A stretch of 64,000 nucleotides of DNA from Amphiscolops sp. MND2022 (GCA_964187785.1 OZ076409.1:71116001-71180000), one strand, 5' to 3'. Positions 35,801 to 50,900 are shown, counted from the first letter of the stretch. Notes: generated by a model from the letters alone, not told the origin. Numbers and translations are program-made.

Positions 35801-38800
35801 TAACATGTATGTAATGAAACCAATAACACCTTCAACTATCAACGCCCACCGTCCGTAGGCATGCCGAGGCATGCCTTTCGACGACGCGCGCCGGAAACAA
35901 TCTAACGGCGCCACCCGCTTCTGGGTGGTCAGTGCTGTTGCGTTCATTTTTTTCCGGCCGTGGGGGAGGGCCCCTCTGAGGCCGGTCATTTTTCAGGTAA
36001 CAGCTTTCTTATACAAAAAAGCGGGAAAAAACCTCAGTGCTCAAATCCCAACCGTCAGAATGAGCTGAAATTTGGCATGTAGCTAGTGCATTGCAAATGA
36101 TTAGGATGGGTTATAACGCTATGTTTGGCAAAATTGGTTTTGTTGCATTTTTTTTGTCATATAGGGCCAAAAATGGCCTTTTTTGCGTAATTTTTGCTTG
36201 ACTAGCTAATAACTCGCGTTGGGTTGGTACTAGCGATACGGGTGTGGGGTATGGAATTGTAAGAATACCAAGTACCTTGCTGATCACGTTATTTGATTTC
36301 CGCCCACATCACCCCCCACGCCGGAATGCCCAATTTGTCACTTCCGGTCGCAATTTTTGACTTTTTTGGATGGAGTTAAAACCCATTTCCGGTGTGAATG
36401 AGTGGGTTGAGCGCTCTGACCACGATATACTAAAAGTAGGTTTAGACAAAGTCCTATTAGGAAAAAAGTAATGTAAGCCCGTACCTATCACCCCCTCACC
36501 GGAAATAGGGGTCACGCCTCCTTTTTCTGTGTTGCAAAAGTGACATGTGCACATTTGTCCAACTCCGAAGCCCCGGAGCACCGTGGGACATTTATACTTT
36601 CTAAACACCTATCCCACACGCTACCGGAAGTGACCGGAAGTTTCACCGGAAATGACATCCTTGGACCGGAAATGCTCAAAAAATGACTTTTCAATGCAAA
36701 ATAGACACATTTGGTGCGATTTTTAGGCAAAAAGCATAGTTCGTGAAACGCTTGTTGCAGTTGGAAGGGCCATTGTTCAGCAAGAATGCGTACAGCATTA
36801 CGTAGCACATCAAGTAGTTGATACTTTTTCGTCCATAATATCCTTAGGACCGGAAATGGCCATTTTTGAATCGGAAACTTCTTCAGCTTGATTTTTAACA
36901 GGTTTTTCCGCAATATTAGCGTAGGAATTGCTCGTCGGATGCTGTAGGTCTATTTTAAAACTAGCTAACTGCTTCTTAGAAATGTATTTCAGAAGTCCCA
37001 ACCAATTCCAGAATACCGGAAATAAGAGTAATTGCCTCCTTTATGACCTTTGAATAATAAATTGTTAAAATCCGCATATTATTTTTTTCCACACTTGTTG
37101 CTGAGATTATATCTAAGCATTAACATGTGCTTGTCATGAAGTGCTGTAATGTGGGAGTTACGAATATTGCTATTTAAGAGTATTACATACGTGAATATCC
37201 GCCGTAATAAAGATTTTTTAAAACAACCACTTTTGAAGTCCTATAGATTGTCCGCACACCCGAAACAATTCAAGTTTCTAGTTTCGATTTTAAGGCTTCC
37301 GCGACTATTTAGTTGAGATGATAGTTTTCACGTTCTCTGCAAAACGTGCATTTCATTGTGTTTTTGACATTTATTGGGCTGTTTCACATTGTAATTCAAA
37401 ACTAATTGATCATACAATTTGGAACAATTGAAAATTTTCAATTGAACATTAAATGTTTTAATAGTTTCTCTTTCGTTGAAGATACTATTTTGTGGCCATT
37501 AGAACAGGTTGAATTAGTTGAATAAGTAGCCAGTGCGATACATCGTTTAATACATAGCGTTTGACATCGGTTTTTTTGCGAACAAAGACAAGCATGATTT
37601 GTTGAAAGTTTTTACCATATCGCTTCAAATCGGGTGTGACAAACAAGGAATTTCTCGTTTTATGTGCTACTCCGAAAGCAACCTGAAAACGCAAATCGAT
37701 CTATTGAATTATCGAGATGAAACTAAGCATTTCAAGTCTGGATTTCAATTTAATTCTATCACTCCGGTCTATTTTTATGTCGCAAGAGTGATAAAGCGTG
37801 TTAGCAAGGTTAAACACATCGAACAATTTTAATAATAAAGCCTCCGGAAAGGGAAGAAAAAATGAGTTTTCCTGTCAAAACTATGATAACCACGTACGAA
37901 ACATCAAGTTTTTGTATTGTTCAATAGTCCAAAACGTGAATGAAGTTTTTAAATATCCAAGCGTTTCTAATCAAGCATGCGTTTCAAATGTCTGACAGGG
38001 CAGCATCGTTCTCAAAAAACATTGCTTTCAATGTGGTTTGATACCAGCAAAACGAACGTAGGCACAACCAGATTCTCAAATTTCTTGCAAAACAGCCGAT
38101 TTCTTTGAAAATCCTAATTGATTTCACAGGGTATATGGTGAAACCCTGTTGGATTCCAAAAATGAAAAGCTGATTTCTTGGGTTTGCGAGATAAAAGACA
38201 ACGGGAATCTGAAAGCAAGTCATCTCAATAAAATACCTGTTGCTCTTTAAACAAATGGACTTTAGTAGTCGAAATTTTTTCTCAGACACTTTCGATCAGA
38301 GAATGTTTGAGTCCTAACGTTCGAATCAGGTTGGTTTCAGGTGGCTCGAAGTGCCAGCTGAACCAACCTTTCAAATAAAGAAAAACCCCACATCTCCCTT
38401 CATGCCACGCTACCCCGTATAGCGTTTCAACTTGACAGAAGTTGGAACGTTTGATTTTGGCGTCGCTTGGGATTGACACACCAGTGTTGATACTAAATTT
38501 GGCAAAGAGAAATCGCAGAAATGATTGTTTCTTTTTTTTCCCTTTGATTTAGTCTGTCGAGCGTACAAAGCAGTTTGGGAAACTAAATTGCATTTCCACT
38601 GAACGAAAAAAAGTAGTAGCCTTGCAAACTCCTGGAAGAAATTGAATCAGGTTTTCCTATTTGTGAGATCAGCTGTCACTCAATTATCAATTACTTTTTT
38701 AAAAATTTTTAGGAACAACTAACCTAACTCTGCTCGACTCTCTTGAATAATGCAACAATCGTTTACTGATCTGTACTCGTGAGAAAAAAATCAACTGCAG

Positions 38801-38998
38801 GTCCAAAAACAATCTATATATCTTTGGTTTATTCCGTGCAAAGCTTTTTTTCACACCATGTGACTCAACTATAACATGTATGTAATGAAACCAATAACAC
38901 CTTCAACTATCAACGCCCACCGTCCGTAGGCATGCCGAGGCATGCCTTTCGACGACGCGCGCCGGAAACAATCTAACGGCGCCACCCGCTTCTGGGTG
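32860..38998 (+). repeat. Two tandem class F units (32860-35927, 35928-38998; ~3.07 kb) ending in CTGGGTG
   Basis: Near-identical copies with a long AT-rich distal part. Same core (AGG...CCT variant), F-specific tail CGCGCCGGAAACAATCTAACGGCGCCACCCGCTT. Confidence 0.94.
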
Positions 38999-41900
38999 CG
39001 GGGGGGAAACCCCATCCCTTATCTTGGAGGATTCGGGTAGGGTCCTGAATCCGAGTTCAGTGCCGCCAGCTCTCAGTAGAAATCTGGGAAATTTTTTGCG
39101 ATCTCGTGATCTAACCATAGGATTTTAAAGTTGGAGCGGCCCCCACCAGATTTTCCAAAGTTATTCGCCCCCCACCGGGTTCCAGCGTGATTGAAATATT
39201 TTGTCGGGGTACACGGGCGACCGTTAGGGGTCATTTTAGGGGTAAAATTTATATCCGGTCGCATAACTTTTTTCCTGTTGGTTTAAAACTTTGGGACCCT
39301 GCTAAAAGTTTCTTGACCGTGTTGCGGTGGCTCCGGAGGTCCAAACCAAATTTTTCTATCTTGAAGCTATCTCCAAGTACCCCCCCGCCCAAACCGTTAT
39401 TTTTCCGGAAACGCCGGTTTTTGACCCGGAAGGAGTCGTCTGAGCGCGGGGTCGTTAGGTGATGTTTTGGGGACGGCCTCGAGACGAAGCGGGGGATATA
39501 TAGTTTGCCGACCCCAGTTTACCCCCCGCACGGGAAATGACCGTTATATGAGCGGGAAAAATGCCCCCCTCCACGTTTTACCGCTATTTCCGGTGTGAAG
39601 GAGTGGGAGTAGCGCGTCGGGTGCCATATATCAAAAGTAGGTTTAGACAAGGATCTATCGGAAACATGTGGTTTGGGACCCCCTGGACCAACCCGTTAGC
39701 AGGAAATGGGGCTTCCGGCCCGTTTTTTTACGGTTAAAAACGGAAAATGGGCATTGAGGGGTAAATATCTCGTGAACGCGTGGAGCTACGGTGTCCTTCA
39801 CTACTACAAGGTTTCATACCCATGATATGGTGCCTTCAGGGGGGCAAACAGATTTCCGCTATCTATCACCGTTACGGACTTGGCCCCCCAGCCTAACCGC
39901 TAAGTGACCGGAAATGTCACTTTTTGAGCCCAAAGGGTCGGTCCCAGCCAGGGAACGTTAGGTAACTTATTGTAGTACTCATTGAGACGAGTTGGGGGAC
40001 ATAGTTTCAGTCACCCCCCGTTACCCCTTGGGACCGGAAATGACCGTTATGTGAGTAAATTTGCCATTTTTGTCCTATTTGAAGGGCATTTAGATGCGGA
40101 AGGAGTGGTAATAGGTGCTTGGACACTATATGAGGTAAGGGAGGACGTGAGGCGAGCATTCGGACATAACCGTTATGTTGACCCTAAAGTCCCCCTGGTA
40201 CCGTAAACGACCGGAAATGGTCAAATTTTGTGGCTATTGGGTACAAATGTTTGGTATTTTGTAAATAAAAGTATCTATTAGGTGTTTCGACGGTTTGCAG
40301 TAGTGAACATAGTCATGAAACCTTGTGGGGGGTAACGGTATATAGCACCGGAATTCCGAACCGTTGGAGACAGGATAGGTTTTTTGGTTTTAAAATGTCT
40401 TTCGGCGTACTTTTGTCGACTATTATGGACTATTTTTAAAAATTAAAGTTTTTCCATATAGTTTCAGAGACTCCGAAACCTCAACCAACATAACCGTTAC
40501 CTTATGATAGCCTTTCAAGTTGGCCTGGTGTCAACTTGGAAGGGCTATCCTTCAAAAATCGTTAATCAAGTCTGTTTTTGGGTATGTTTTTATCATTTTA
40601 GAATCAATTAAAGCTCCAAGAAAAGTTTGCCAACGACAAAAACTATGTCGTGATGATTCCGTTATTAGAATGATGGTTAACAAAATGTTGATAAAGTTGA
40701 TTTTTTACATTTCAAATGTGTCCTAAAAGCCAGAAAACCTCTTTACCAAAAAAATGGTATTGATTGAATTGTATATAACAGGTAATAAAAGTTCAAATTG
40801 ATTATTACGTTTCATTATTCAAGCTAAAACTTCATAACAAAGTTTAATTAACGTCAACGCCACACACTTTACATCAACGCCCACCGTCTGTGGGCATGCC
40901 GAGGCATGCCCTTCGACAACGTATACCAAATACATACCCAAACGACGCCCGTACATCCCGGGCTAGGTGCGGGGGGGTAACCCCAACAAATATATTGGAG
41001 GATTCGGGTAGGGTCCTGAATCCGATTTTAACTCTAATAGCTATCGATAGGAAATCGTGCAAAAATTTCGGGATCTCGTGATCTAACCATAGGATTTTAA
41101 AGTTGGAGCGGCCCCCACCAGATTTTCCAAAGTTATTCGCCCCCCACCGGGTTCCAGCGTGATTGAAATATTCTGACGGGGTACACGGGCGACCGTTAGG
41201 GGTCATTTTGGGGGTAAAATTTATATCCGGTCGCATAACTTTTTTCCTGTTGGTTTAAAACTTTGGGACCCTGCTAAAAGTTTCTTGACCTTGTTGCAGT
41301 GGCTCCGGATGTCCAAACCAAATTTTTCTATCTTGAAGCTATCTCCAAGTACCCCCCCCCGCTCAAACCGTTATTTTTCCGGAAACGCAGGTTTTTGACC
41401 CGGAAGGAGTCGTCTGAGCGCGGGGTCGTTAGGTGATGTATTGGGGACGGCCTTGAGACGAAGCGGGGGACATGTAGTTTGCCGACCCCAATTTACCCCC
41501 CGGACGGGAAATGACCGTTATATGAGCGGGAAAATTGCCCCACTCCACGTTTAACCGCTATTTCCGGTGTGAAGGAGTGGGAGTAGCGCGTCGGGTGTTA
41601 TATAACAAAAGTAGGTTTAGACAAGGACCTATCGGAAACATGTAGTTTGGGACCCCCTGGACCAACCCGTTAGCGGGAAATGGCGCTTCCGCCTCCTTTT
41701 TTTACTGCTAAAACCGTAAAATGGGCATTGAGGGGTAAATATCTCGTGAACGCGTGGAGCAATCGTGTCCTTCACTACTACAAGGTTTCATGCCCATCAT
41801 ATGGTGCCTTCAGGGGGGCAAACAGATTTCCGCTATCTATCACCGTTACCAACTTAGCCCCCCAGCCTAACCGCTATGTTACCGGAAATGTCACTTTTTG

Positions 41901-44900
41901 AGCCCAAAGGGTCAGTCCGAGCGCGGCATCGTTGGGTAACTTATTGTAGTACTCAATGAGACGAGTTGGGGGATATAGTTTCAGTCACCCCCCGTTACCC
42001 CTTGTGACCGGAAATGACCGTTATGTGGGTAAAAATGCAATTTTTGTACTTTTTGAAGGGCAATTAGGTGCGGAAGGAGTGGTGATAGGTTCTTGGACAC
42101 TATATGAGGTAAGGGAGGACGTGAGGCGAGCATTCGGAAATAACCGTTATGTTGACCCCAAAGTCCCCCTGGTACCGTAAACGACCGGAAATGGTCAAAT
42201 TTTGTGTCTATTGAGTACAAATGTTTGGTGTTTTATGAATAAAAGTACCTATTAGGTGTTTCGACGGTCTGCAGTTGTGAACATAGTCATGAAACCTTAC
42301 GGGGGGTACCGGTATATAGCACCGGGAGTCCAAACCGTTGGAGACAGGATAGGTTTTTTGGTTTTAAAATGTCTTTCGGCGTACTTTTGTTGACTATTAT
42401 GGACTATTTTTAAAAATTAAAGTTTTTCCATATAGTTTCAGAGACTCCGAAACCTCAACCAACATAACCGTTACCTTATGATAGCCTTTCAAGTTGGCCT
42501 GGTGTCAACTTGGAGGGGCTATCCTTCAAAAATCGTTAATCAAGTGTGTTTTTGGGTATGTTTGTATCAATTTAGAATCAATTAGAGCTTCAAGAAAAGT
42601 TTGCCAACGACAAAAACTATGTCGTGATGATTCCGTTATTAGAATAGTAGTTAACAAACTGTTGATAAAATTGATTTTTTACATTTCGAATGTGTCCTAA
42701 AAGCCAGAAAACCTCTTTAACAAACAAATGGTATTGATTGAATAGTATATAACAGGTAATAAAAGTTCAAATTGGTTATTACGTTTCATTATTGAAGCTA
42801 AAACTTCATAACAAAGTTTAATTAACGTCCACGCCACATACTTTACATCAACGCCCACCGTCTGTGGGCATGCCGAGGCATGCCCTTCGACGACGTATAC
42901 CAAATACATACCTAACGACGCCCGTACATCCCGGGCTAGGTGCGGGGGGGGTAACCCCAACTTTTTTCTTGGAGGAATCGGGTAGGGTCCTGATTCCGAG
43001 TTCAGTGCCGCCAGCTATCGTTAAAAACCCATACCTTTTAAACCCGATCTCGGGAACTAACCACGCCCCTTCTTTAATTTTTTGGCCCCCACTCACTTTT
43101 TGAGAGTAGATCGCCCCCCATTGGGTTCGATGTTGGGCAAAAATGGAGATCATGGGTAACGGGGACCGTTAAGGGGTAACTCAGGGGGTAAAATTTATTT
43201 TTTGCGTCATATCTTTTCCCCCCGTGGATTTAGCGCTTCCGGTCAGCAGACAAAACCTCATGTACGTGATACGGGGCCTCCATAGGTCCAAACAAAATTT
43301 TTCTATCATGCACCGTTACGGACTTGCCCCCCCGGCCCAACCGTTATTTTACCGGAAATTGCACTTTTTGACCGGGAAGGAGTCGTCTGAGCACGGAGTC
43401 GTTTGCTAATGTTTTGTAGTGCATCTGGAGACGTGTTGGGGGACATGTAGTTTGCCGGCCCCAGTTTACCCCTCGGACGGGAAATGACCGTTATGTCAGT
43501 TTTAAAATTACCCCCCTTCAATTTTCCCCGTTATTTCCGGTGTGAAGGAGTGGGAGTAGCGCGTCGGGTGCCATATATCAAAAGTAGGTTTAGACAAGGA
43601 CCAACCGGAAACTTGTGGTTTGGGACCCCCTGACCCAACCCGTTAGCCGTTATAAGGGTGATCGCCTCCTTTTTTTACTCTCAAAACCGGAAAATGGGCA
43701 TTGAGGGGTAAATATCTCGTGAACGCGTGGAGCAATCGTGTCCATCACTACTACAAGGTTTCATACCCATGATATGGTGCCTTCAGGGGGGCAAACAGAT
43801 TACCGCTATCTATCACCGTTACCGACTTGGCCCCCCAGCCTAACCGCTATGTGACCGGAAATTGCACTTTTTGAGCCCAAAGGGTCGATCCTAGCCGGGC
43901 AACGTTAGGTAACTTATTGTAGTACTCATTGAAACGAGTTGGGGGACATAGTTTCAGTCACCCCCCGTTACCTCTTAGGACCGGAAATGACCGTTATGAG
44001 GGTAAAATTGCAATTTTTATACATTTTGAAGGGCATTTAGGTGCGGAAGGAATGGTAATAGGTGCTTGGACACTATATGATGTAATGGAGGTCGTGAGGA
44101 GAGCATTCGGAAGTAACCGTTACGTTGACCCCAAAGTCCCCCTGGTACCGTTAACAACCGGAAATGGCCAAATTTTGTGTTTATAGGGTACAAATGTTTG
44201 GTATTTTATGGATAAAAGTACCTGGAAGGTGTTTTAAAGGCCTCCAGAAGTGAACATAGTCATGAAACTTTGTGGGGGGTAACGGTATATAGCACCGGAA
44301 GTCCAAACCGTTGGTCACAGAATAGGTTTTTTGGTTTCAAAATGTCTTTAGGCGTAGTTTTGTGGGTTGAATCGTCATAATATCAACTAATACGGACTTT
44401 TTTCGAAAATAAAATTTTTTCACATTAGTTTCAGGGACCTCCAATGTTTCAGTCAACATAACCGTTACATTTTGATAGCCTTTCAAGTTGGCCTGGTGTC
44501 AACTTGGAAGGGCTATCCTTCTAAAATCGTTAATCAAGAGTGTTTTTGGATAGATATATGTTGCATTAGTACCAATTAGAGCTTCATCAACAGTTTGCCA
44601 ACGGCAAAAACGATGTCGTGATAATTCCGTTATAAGAATATTAATTAACAAATTGTTTACAAAGTTGATTTTTTTCATTTAAAATGTGTCCTAATGCCAC
44701 CAAATTGAATAAAATAATAAATGGTATTGACTAAAACTAAATAACATTGAAAAAGAAGCTCAACATTTTTAATAGGTCTCATTATGGAAGCTGAAACCTC
44801 ACGTTTTAACTTAATTAACGTCAACGCCACATACTTTACATCAACGCCCACCGTCTGTGGGCATGCCGAGGCATGCCCTTCGACGACGTATACCAATTAC

Positions 44901-47900
44901 ATATATATCTACACCCACCCGCGGTAGCAGCTAGGTGCGGGGGGGAAACCCCAACAAAAATTTTGGAGGATTCGGGTAGGGTCCTGAATCCGAGTTCAGT
45001 GCTGCCAGCTTTCGTTAAGAAAATTTGGATAGGATTCGGGATCTCGTGATCTAACCATAGGATTTTAAAGTTGGAGCGGCCCCCACCAGATTTTCCGAAA
45101 ATTAGCGCCCCCCACCGGGTTCCATACCCCGGAAAATTTTTTTCTGGCCACACGGGCGACCGTTAGGGGGTCATTTTAGGGGTAAAATTCATATTGGGCC
45201 ACATAACTTTTTTTCTGTTGATTTAAAACTTTGGGACCCTGCTAAAAGTTTCTTGACCGTGTTGCAAGGGCTCCGGAGGTCCAAACCAAATTTTTCTAGC
45301 TCGAAGCTATCTCCAAGTACCCCCCCGCCCAAAACGTTATTTTTCCGGAAACGCAGGTTTTTGACCCGGAAGGAGTCGTCGGAGCGCGGGGTCGTTAGGT
45401 GATGTATTGGGGACGGCCTTGAGACGAAGTGGGGGACATGCAGTTTGCCAACCCCAGTTTACCCCCCGGACGGGAAGTGACCGTTATATGAGCGGGAAAA
45501 ATGCCCCCCTCCACGTTTTACCGCTATTTCCGGTGTGAAGGAGTGGGAGTAGCGCGTCGGGTGCCATATATCAAAAGTAGGTTTAGACAAGGATCTATCG
45601 GAAACATGTGGTTTGGGACCCCCTGGACCAACCCGTTAGCGGGAAATGGGGCTTCCGCCTCCTTTTTTTACGGTTAAAAACGGAAAATGGGCATTGAGGG
45701 GTAAATATCTCGTGAACGCGTGGAGCTACGGTGTCCTTCACTACTACAAGGTTTCATACCCATGATATGGTGCCTTCAGGGGGGCAAACAGATTTCCGCT
45801 ATCTATCACCGTTACGGACTTGGCCCCCCAGCCTAACCGTTAAGTGACCGGAAATGTCATATTTTGAGCCCAAAGGGTCGGTCCCAGCCAGGGAACGTTA
45901 GGTAACTTATTGCAGTACTCATTGAGACGAGTTGGGGGACATAGTTTCAGTCACCCCCCGTTACCCCTTAGGACCGGAAATGACCGTTACGTGAGTAAAA
46001 TTGCCATTTTTGTCCTATTTGAAGGGCATTTAGATGCGGAAGGAGTGGTAATAGGTGCTTGGACACTATATGAGGTAAGGGAGGACGTGAGGCGAGCATT
46101 CAGACATAACCGTTATGTTGACCCTAAAGTCCCCCTGGTACCGTAAACGACCGGAAATGGTCAAATTTTGTGTCTATTGGGTACAAATGTTTGGTATTTT
46201 GTAAATAAAAGTATCTATTAGGTGTTTCGACGGTTTGCAGTAGTGAACATAGTCATGAAACCTTGTGGGGGGTAACGGTATATAGCACCGGAAATCCGAA
46301 CCGTTGGAGACAGGATAGGTTTTTTGGTTTTAAAATGTCTTTCGGCGTACTTTTGTCGACTATTATGGACTATTTTTAAAAATTAAAGTTTTTCCATATA
46401 GTTTCAGAGACTCCGAAACTTCAACGAACATAACTGTTACCTTATGATAGCCTTTCAAGTTGGCCTGGTGTCAACTTGGAAGGGCTATCCTTCAAAAATC
46501 GTTAATCAAGTGTGTTTTTGGGTATGTTTATATCATTTTAGAATCAATTAGAGCTCCAAGAAAAGTTTGCCAACGACAAAAACTATGTCGTGATGATTCC
46601 GCTATTAGAATGATGGTTAACAAAATGTTGATAAAGTTGATTTTTTACATTTCAAATGTGTCCTAAAAGCCAGAAAACCTCTTTACCAAAAAAATGGTAT
46701 TGATTGAATTGTATATAACAGGTAATAAAAGTTCAAATTGAATATTACGTTTCATTATTCAAGCTAAAACTTCATAACATAGTTTAATTAACGTCAACGC
46801 CACACACTTTACATCAACGCCCACCGTCTGTGGGCATGCCGAGGCATGCCCTTCGACGACGTATACCAAATACATACCCAAACGACGCCCGTACATCCCG
46901 GGCTAGGTGCGGGGGGGTAACCCCAACAAAAATTTTGGAGGATTCGGGTAGGGTCCTGAATCCGAGTTCAGTGCTGCCAGCTTTCGTTAAGAAAATTTGG
47001 ATAGGATTCGGGATCTCGTGATCTAACCATAGGATTTTAAAGTTGGAGCGGCCCCCACCAGATTTTCCGAAAATTAGCGCCCCCCACCGGGTTCCATACC
47101 CCGGAAAATTTTTTTCTGGCCACACGGGCGACCGTTAGGGGGTCATTTTAGGGGTAAAATTCATATTGGGCCACATAACTTTTTTTCTGTTGATTTAAAA
47201 CTTTGGGACCCTGCTAAAAGTTTCTTGACCGTGTTGCAGGGGCCCCGGAGGTCCAAACCAAATTTTTCTATCTTGAAGCTATCTCCAAGTACCCCCCCGC
47301 CCAAAACGTTATTTTTCCGGAAACGCAGGTTTTTGACCCGGAAGGAGTCGTCGGAGCGCGGGGTCGTTAGGTGATGTATTGGGGACGGCCTTGAGACGAA
47401 GTGGGGGACATGCAGTTTGCCAACCCCAGTTTACCCCCCGGACGGGAAATGACCGTTATATGAGCGGGAAAAATGCCCCCCTCCACGTTTTACCGCTATT
47501 TCCGGTGTGAAGGAGTGGGAGTAGCGCGTCGGGTGCCATATATCAAAAGTAGGTTTAAACAAGGACCTATCGGAAACATGTGGTTTGGGACCCCCTGGAC
47601 CAACCCGTTAGCGGGAAATGGGGCTTCCGCCTCCTTTTTTTACGGTTAAAAACGTAAAATGGGCATTGAGGGGTAAATATCTCGTGAACGCGTGGAGCTA
47701 CGGTGTCCATCACTACTACAAGGTTTCATGCCCATCATATGGTGCCTTCAGGGGGGCAAACAGATTTCCGCTATCTATCACCGTTACGGACTTGGCCCCC
47801 CAGCCTAACCGTTAAGTGACCGGAAATGTCATATTTTGAGCCCAAAGGGTCGGTCTCAGCCGGGGAACGTTAGGTAACTTATTGTAGTACTCATTGAGAC

Positions 47901-50900
47901 GAGTTGGGGGACATAGTTTCAGTCACCCCCCGTTACCCCTTAGGACCGGAAATGACCGTTATGTGGGTAAATTTGCATTTTTTATACTCTTTGAAGTGCA
48001 TTTATGTGCGGAAGGAGTGGTAATAGGTGCTTGGACACTATATGAAGGAAGGGAGGACGTGAGGCGAGCATTTGGAAATAACCGTTATGTTGACCCTAAA
48101 GTCCCCCTGGTACCGGAAGTGACCCGTAATGGTCAATCTTTGTGTTCAAAGGGTACAAATGTTTGGTGTTCAATGAATAACAGTACCTATTAGGTGTTTC
48201 GACGGTCTGCAGTCGTGAACATAGTCATGAAACCTTGTGAGGGGTAACGGTATATAGCACCGGAAGTCCAAACCGTTGAAGTCAGGATAAGTTTTTTGGT
48301 TTTAAAATGTCTTTTGGCCTTTTTTTGTCGACTATTATGGACTATTTTTGAAAAATAAAGTTTTTCGATATAGTTTCAGAGACTCCGAAACCTCAACCAA
48401 CATAACCGTTACCTTATGATAGCCTTTCAAGTTGGCCTGGTGTCAACTTGGAAGGGCTATCCTTCAAAAATCATTATTCAAGTGTGTTTTTGAGTATGTT
48501 TGTATTACTTTAGAATCAATTAGAGCTTCAAGAAAAGTTTGCCAACGACAAAAACTATGTCGTGATGATTCCGTTATTAGAATGATAGTTAACAAAAGGT
48601 TGATAAAGTTGATTTTTTTACATTTCAAATGTGTCCCAAATGCCAGCAAACCTCTTTACCAAACAAATGGTATTGATTGGATTGTATATAACAGCTAATA
48701 AAAGTTCAAATTGAATATTACGTTTCATTATGGAAGCTGAAACGTCAAATTATAGTTTAATTAGCGTCAACGCCACATACTTTACATCAACGCCCACCGT
48801 CCGTAGGCATGCCGAGGCATGCCTTTCGACGACGTATACCAAATTCCTTTAACACAACACCCTCGAGCGCGGTAGCAGCTAGGTGCGGGGGGGAAACCCC
48901 AACAAAATTTTTGGAGGATTCGGGTAGGGTCCTGAATCCGAGTTCAGTGCTGCCAGCTTTCGTTAAGAAAATTTGGATAGGATTCGGGATCTCGTGATCT
49001 AACCATAGGATTTTAAAGTTGGAGCGGCCCCCACCAGATTTTCCGAAAATTAGCGCCCCCCACCGGGTTCCATACCCCGGAAAATTTTTTTCTGGCCACA
49101 CGGGCGACCGTTAGGGGGTCATTTTAGGGGTAAATTTCATATTGGGCCACATAACTTTTTTTCTGTTGATTTAAAACTTTGGGACCCTGCTAAAAGTTTC
49201 TTGGCCGTGTTGCAGGGGCCCCGGAGGTCCAAACCAAATTTTTCTATCTTGAAGCTATCTCCAAGTACCCCCCCGCCCAAAACGTTATTTTTCCGGAAAC
49301 GCAGGTTTTAGACCCGGAAGGAGTCGTCGGAGCGCGGGGTCGTTAGGTGATGTATTGGGGACGGCCTTGAGACGAAGCGGGGGACATGTAGTTTACCGAC
49401 CTCGGTTTACCCCTCGGACAGGAAATGACCGTTATATGAGCGGGAAAAATGCCCCCCTCCACGTTTTACCGCTATTTCCGGTGTGAAGGAGTGGGAGTAG
49501 CGCGTCGGGTGCCATATATCAAAAGTAGGTTTAAACAAGGACCTATCGGAAACATGTAGTTTGGGACCCTCTGGACCAACCCGTTAGCGGGAAATGGCGC
49601 TTCCGCTTCCTTTTTTTACTGCTAAAACCGTAAAATGGGCATTGAGGGGTAAATATCTCGTGAACGCGTGGAGCAATCGTGTCCATCACTACTACAAGGT
49701 TTCATACCCATGATATGGTGCCTTCAGGGGGGCAAACAGATTTCCGCTATCTATCACCGTTACTGACTTGGCCCCCCAGCCTAACCGCTATGTGACCGGA
49801 AATGTCACTTTTTGAGCCCAAAGGGTCGGTCCCAGCCGGGGAACGTTAGGTAACTTATTGTAGCACTCAATGAGACGAGTTGGGGGACATAGTTTCAGTC
49901 ACCCCCCGTTACCCCTTGAGACCGGAAATGACCGTTATGTGGGTAAATTTGCATTTTTTATACTCTTTGAAGTGCATTTATGTGCGGAAGGAGTGGTAAT
50001 AGGTGCTTGGACACTATATGAGGTAAGGGAGGACATGAGGCGAGCATTCGGAAATAACCGTTATGTTGACCCTAAAGTCCCCCTGGTACCGGAAGTGACC
50101 CGTAATGGTCAAATTTTGTGTTCAAAGGGTACAAATGTTTGGTGTTTTATGGATAACAGTGCCTATTAGGTGTTTCGACGGTCTGCAGTCGTGAACATAG
50201 TCATGAAACCTTGTGGGGGGTAACGGTATATAGCACCGGAAGTCCAAAACTTTGGAGAAAGGATAAGTGTTTTGGTTTTAAAATGTCTTTCGGCCTACTT
50301 TTGTCGACTATTATGGTCTATTTTTGAAAAATAAAGTTTTTCCATATAGTTTCAGAGACTCCGAAACCTCAACCAACATAACCGTTACGTTATGATAGCC
50401 TTTCAAGTTGGCCTGGTGTCAACTTGGAAGGGCTATCCTTCAAAAATCATTAATCAAGTGTGTTTTTGAGTATGTTTGTATTACTTTAGAATCAATTAGA
50501 GCTTCAAGAAAAGTTTGCCAACGACAAAAACTATGTCGTGATGATTCCGTTATTAGAATAATGGTTAAGAAAATGTTGATAAATTTGATTTTTTACATTT
50601 CAAATGTGTCCTAAATGCCAGAAAACCTCTTTACCAAACAAATGGTTTTGAGTGAATTGTATATAACAGCTAATAAAAGTTCAAATTGAATCTTACGTTT
50701 CATTATTCAAGCTAAAACTTCATAACATAGTTTAATTAACGTCAACGCCACACACTTTACATCAACGCCCACCGTCCGTAGGCATGCCGAGGCATGCCTT
50801 TCGACGACGTATACCAAATTCCACCCACACAACACCCCGAGCGCGGTAGCAGCTAGGTGCGGGGGGGAAACCCCAACAAAATTTTTGGAGGATTCGGGTA

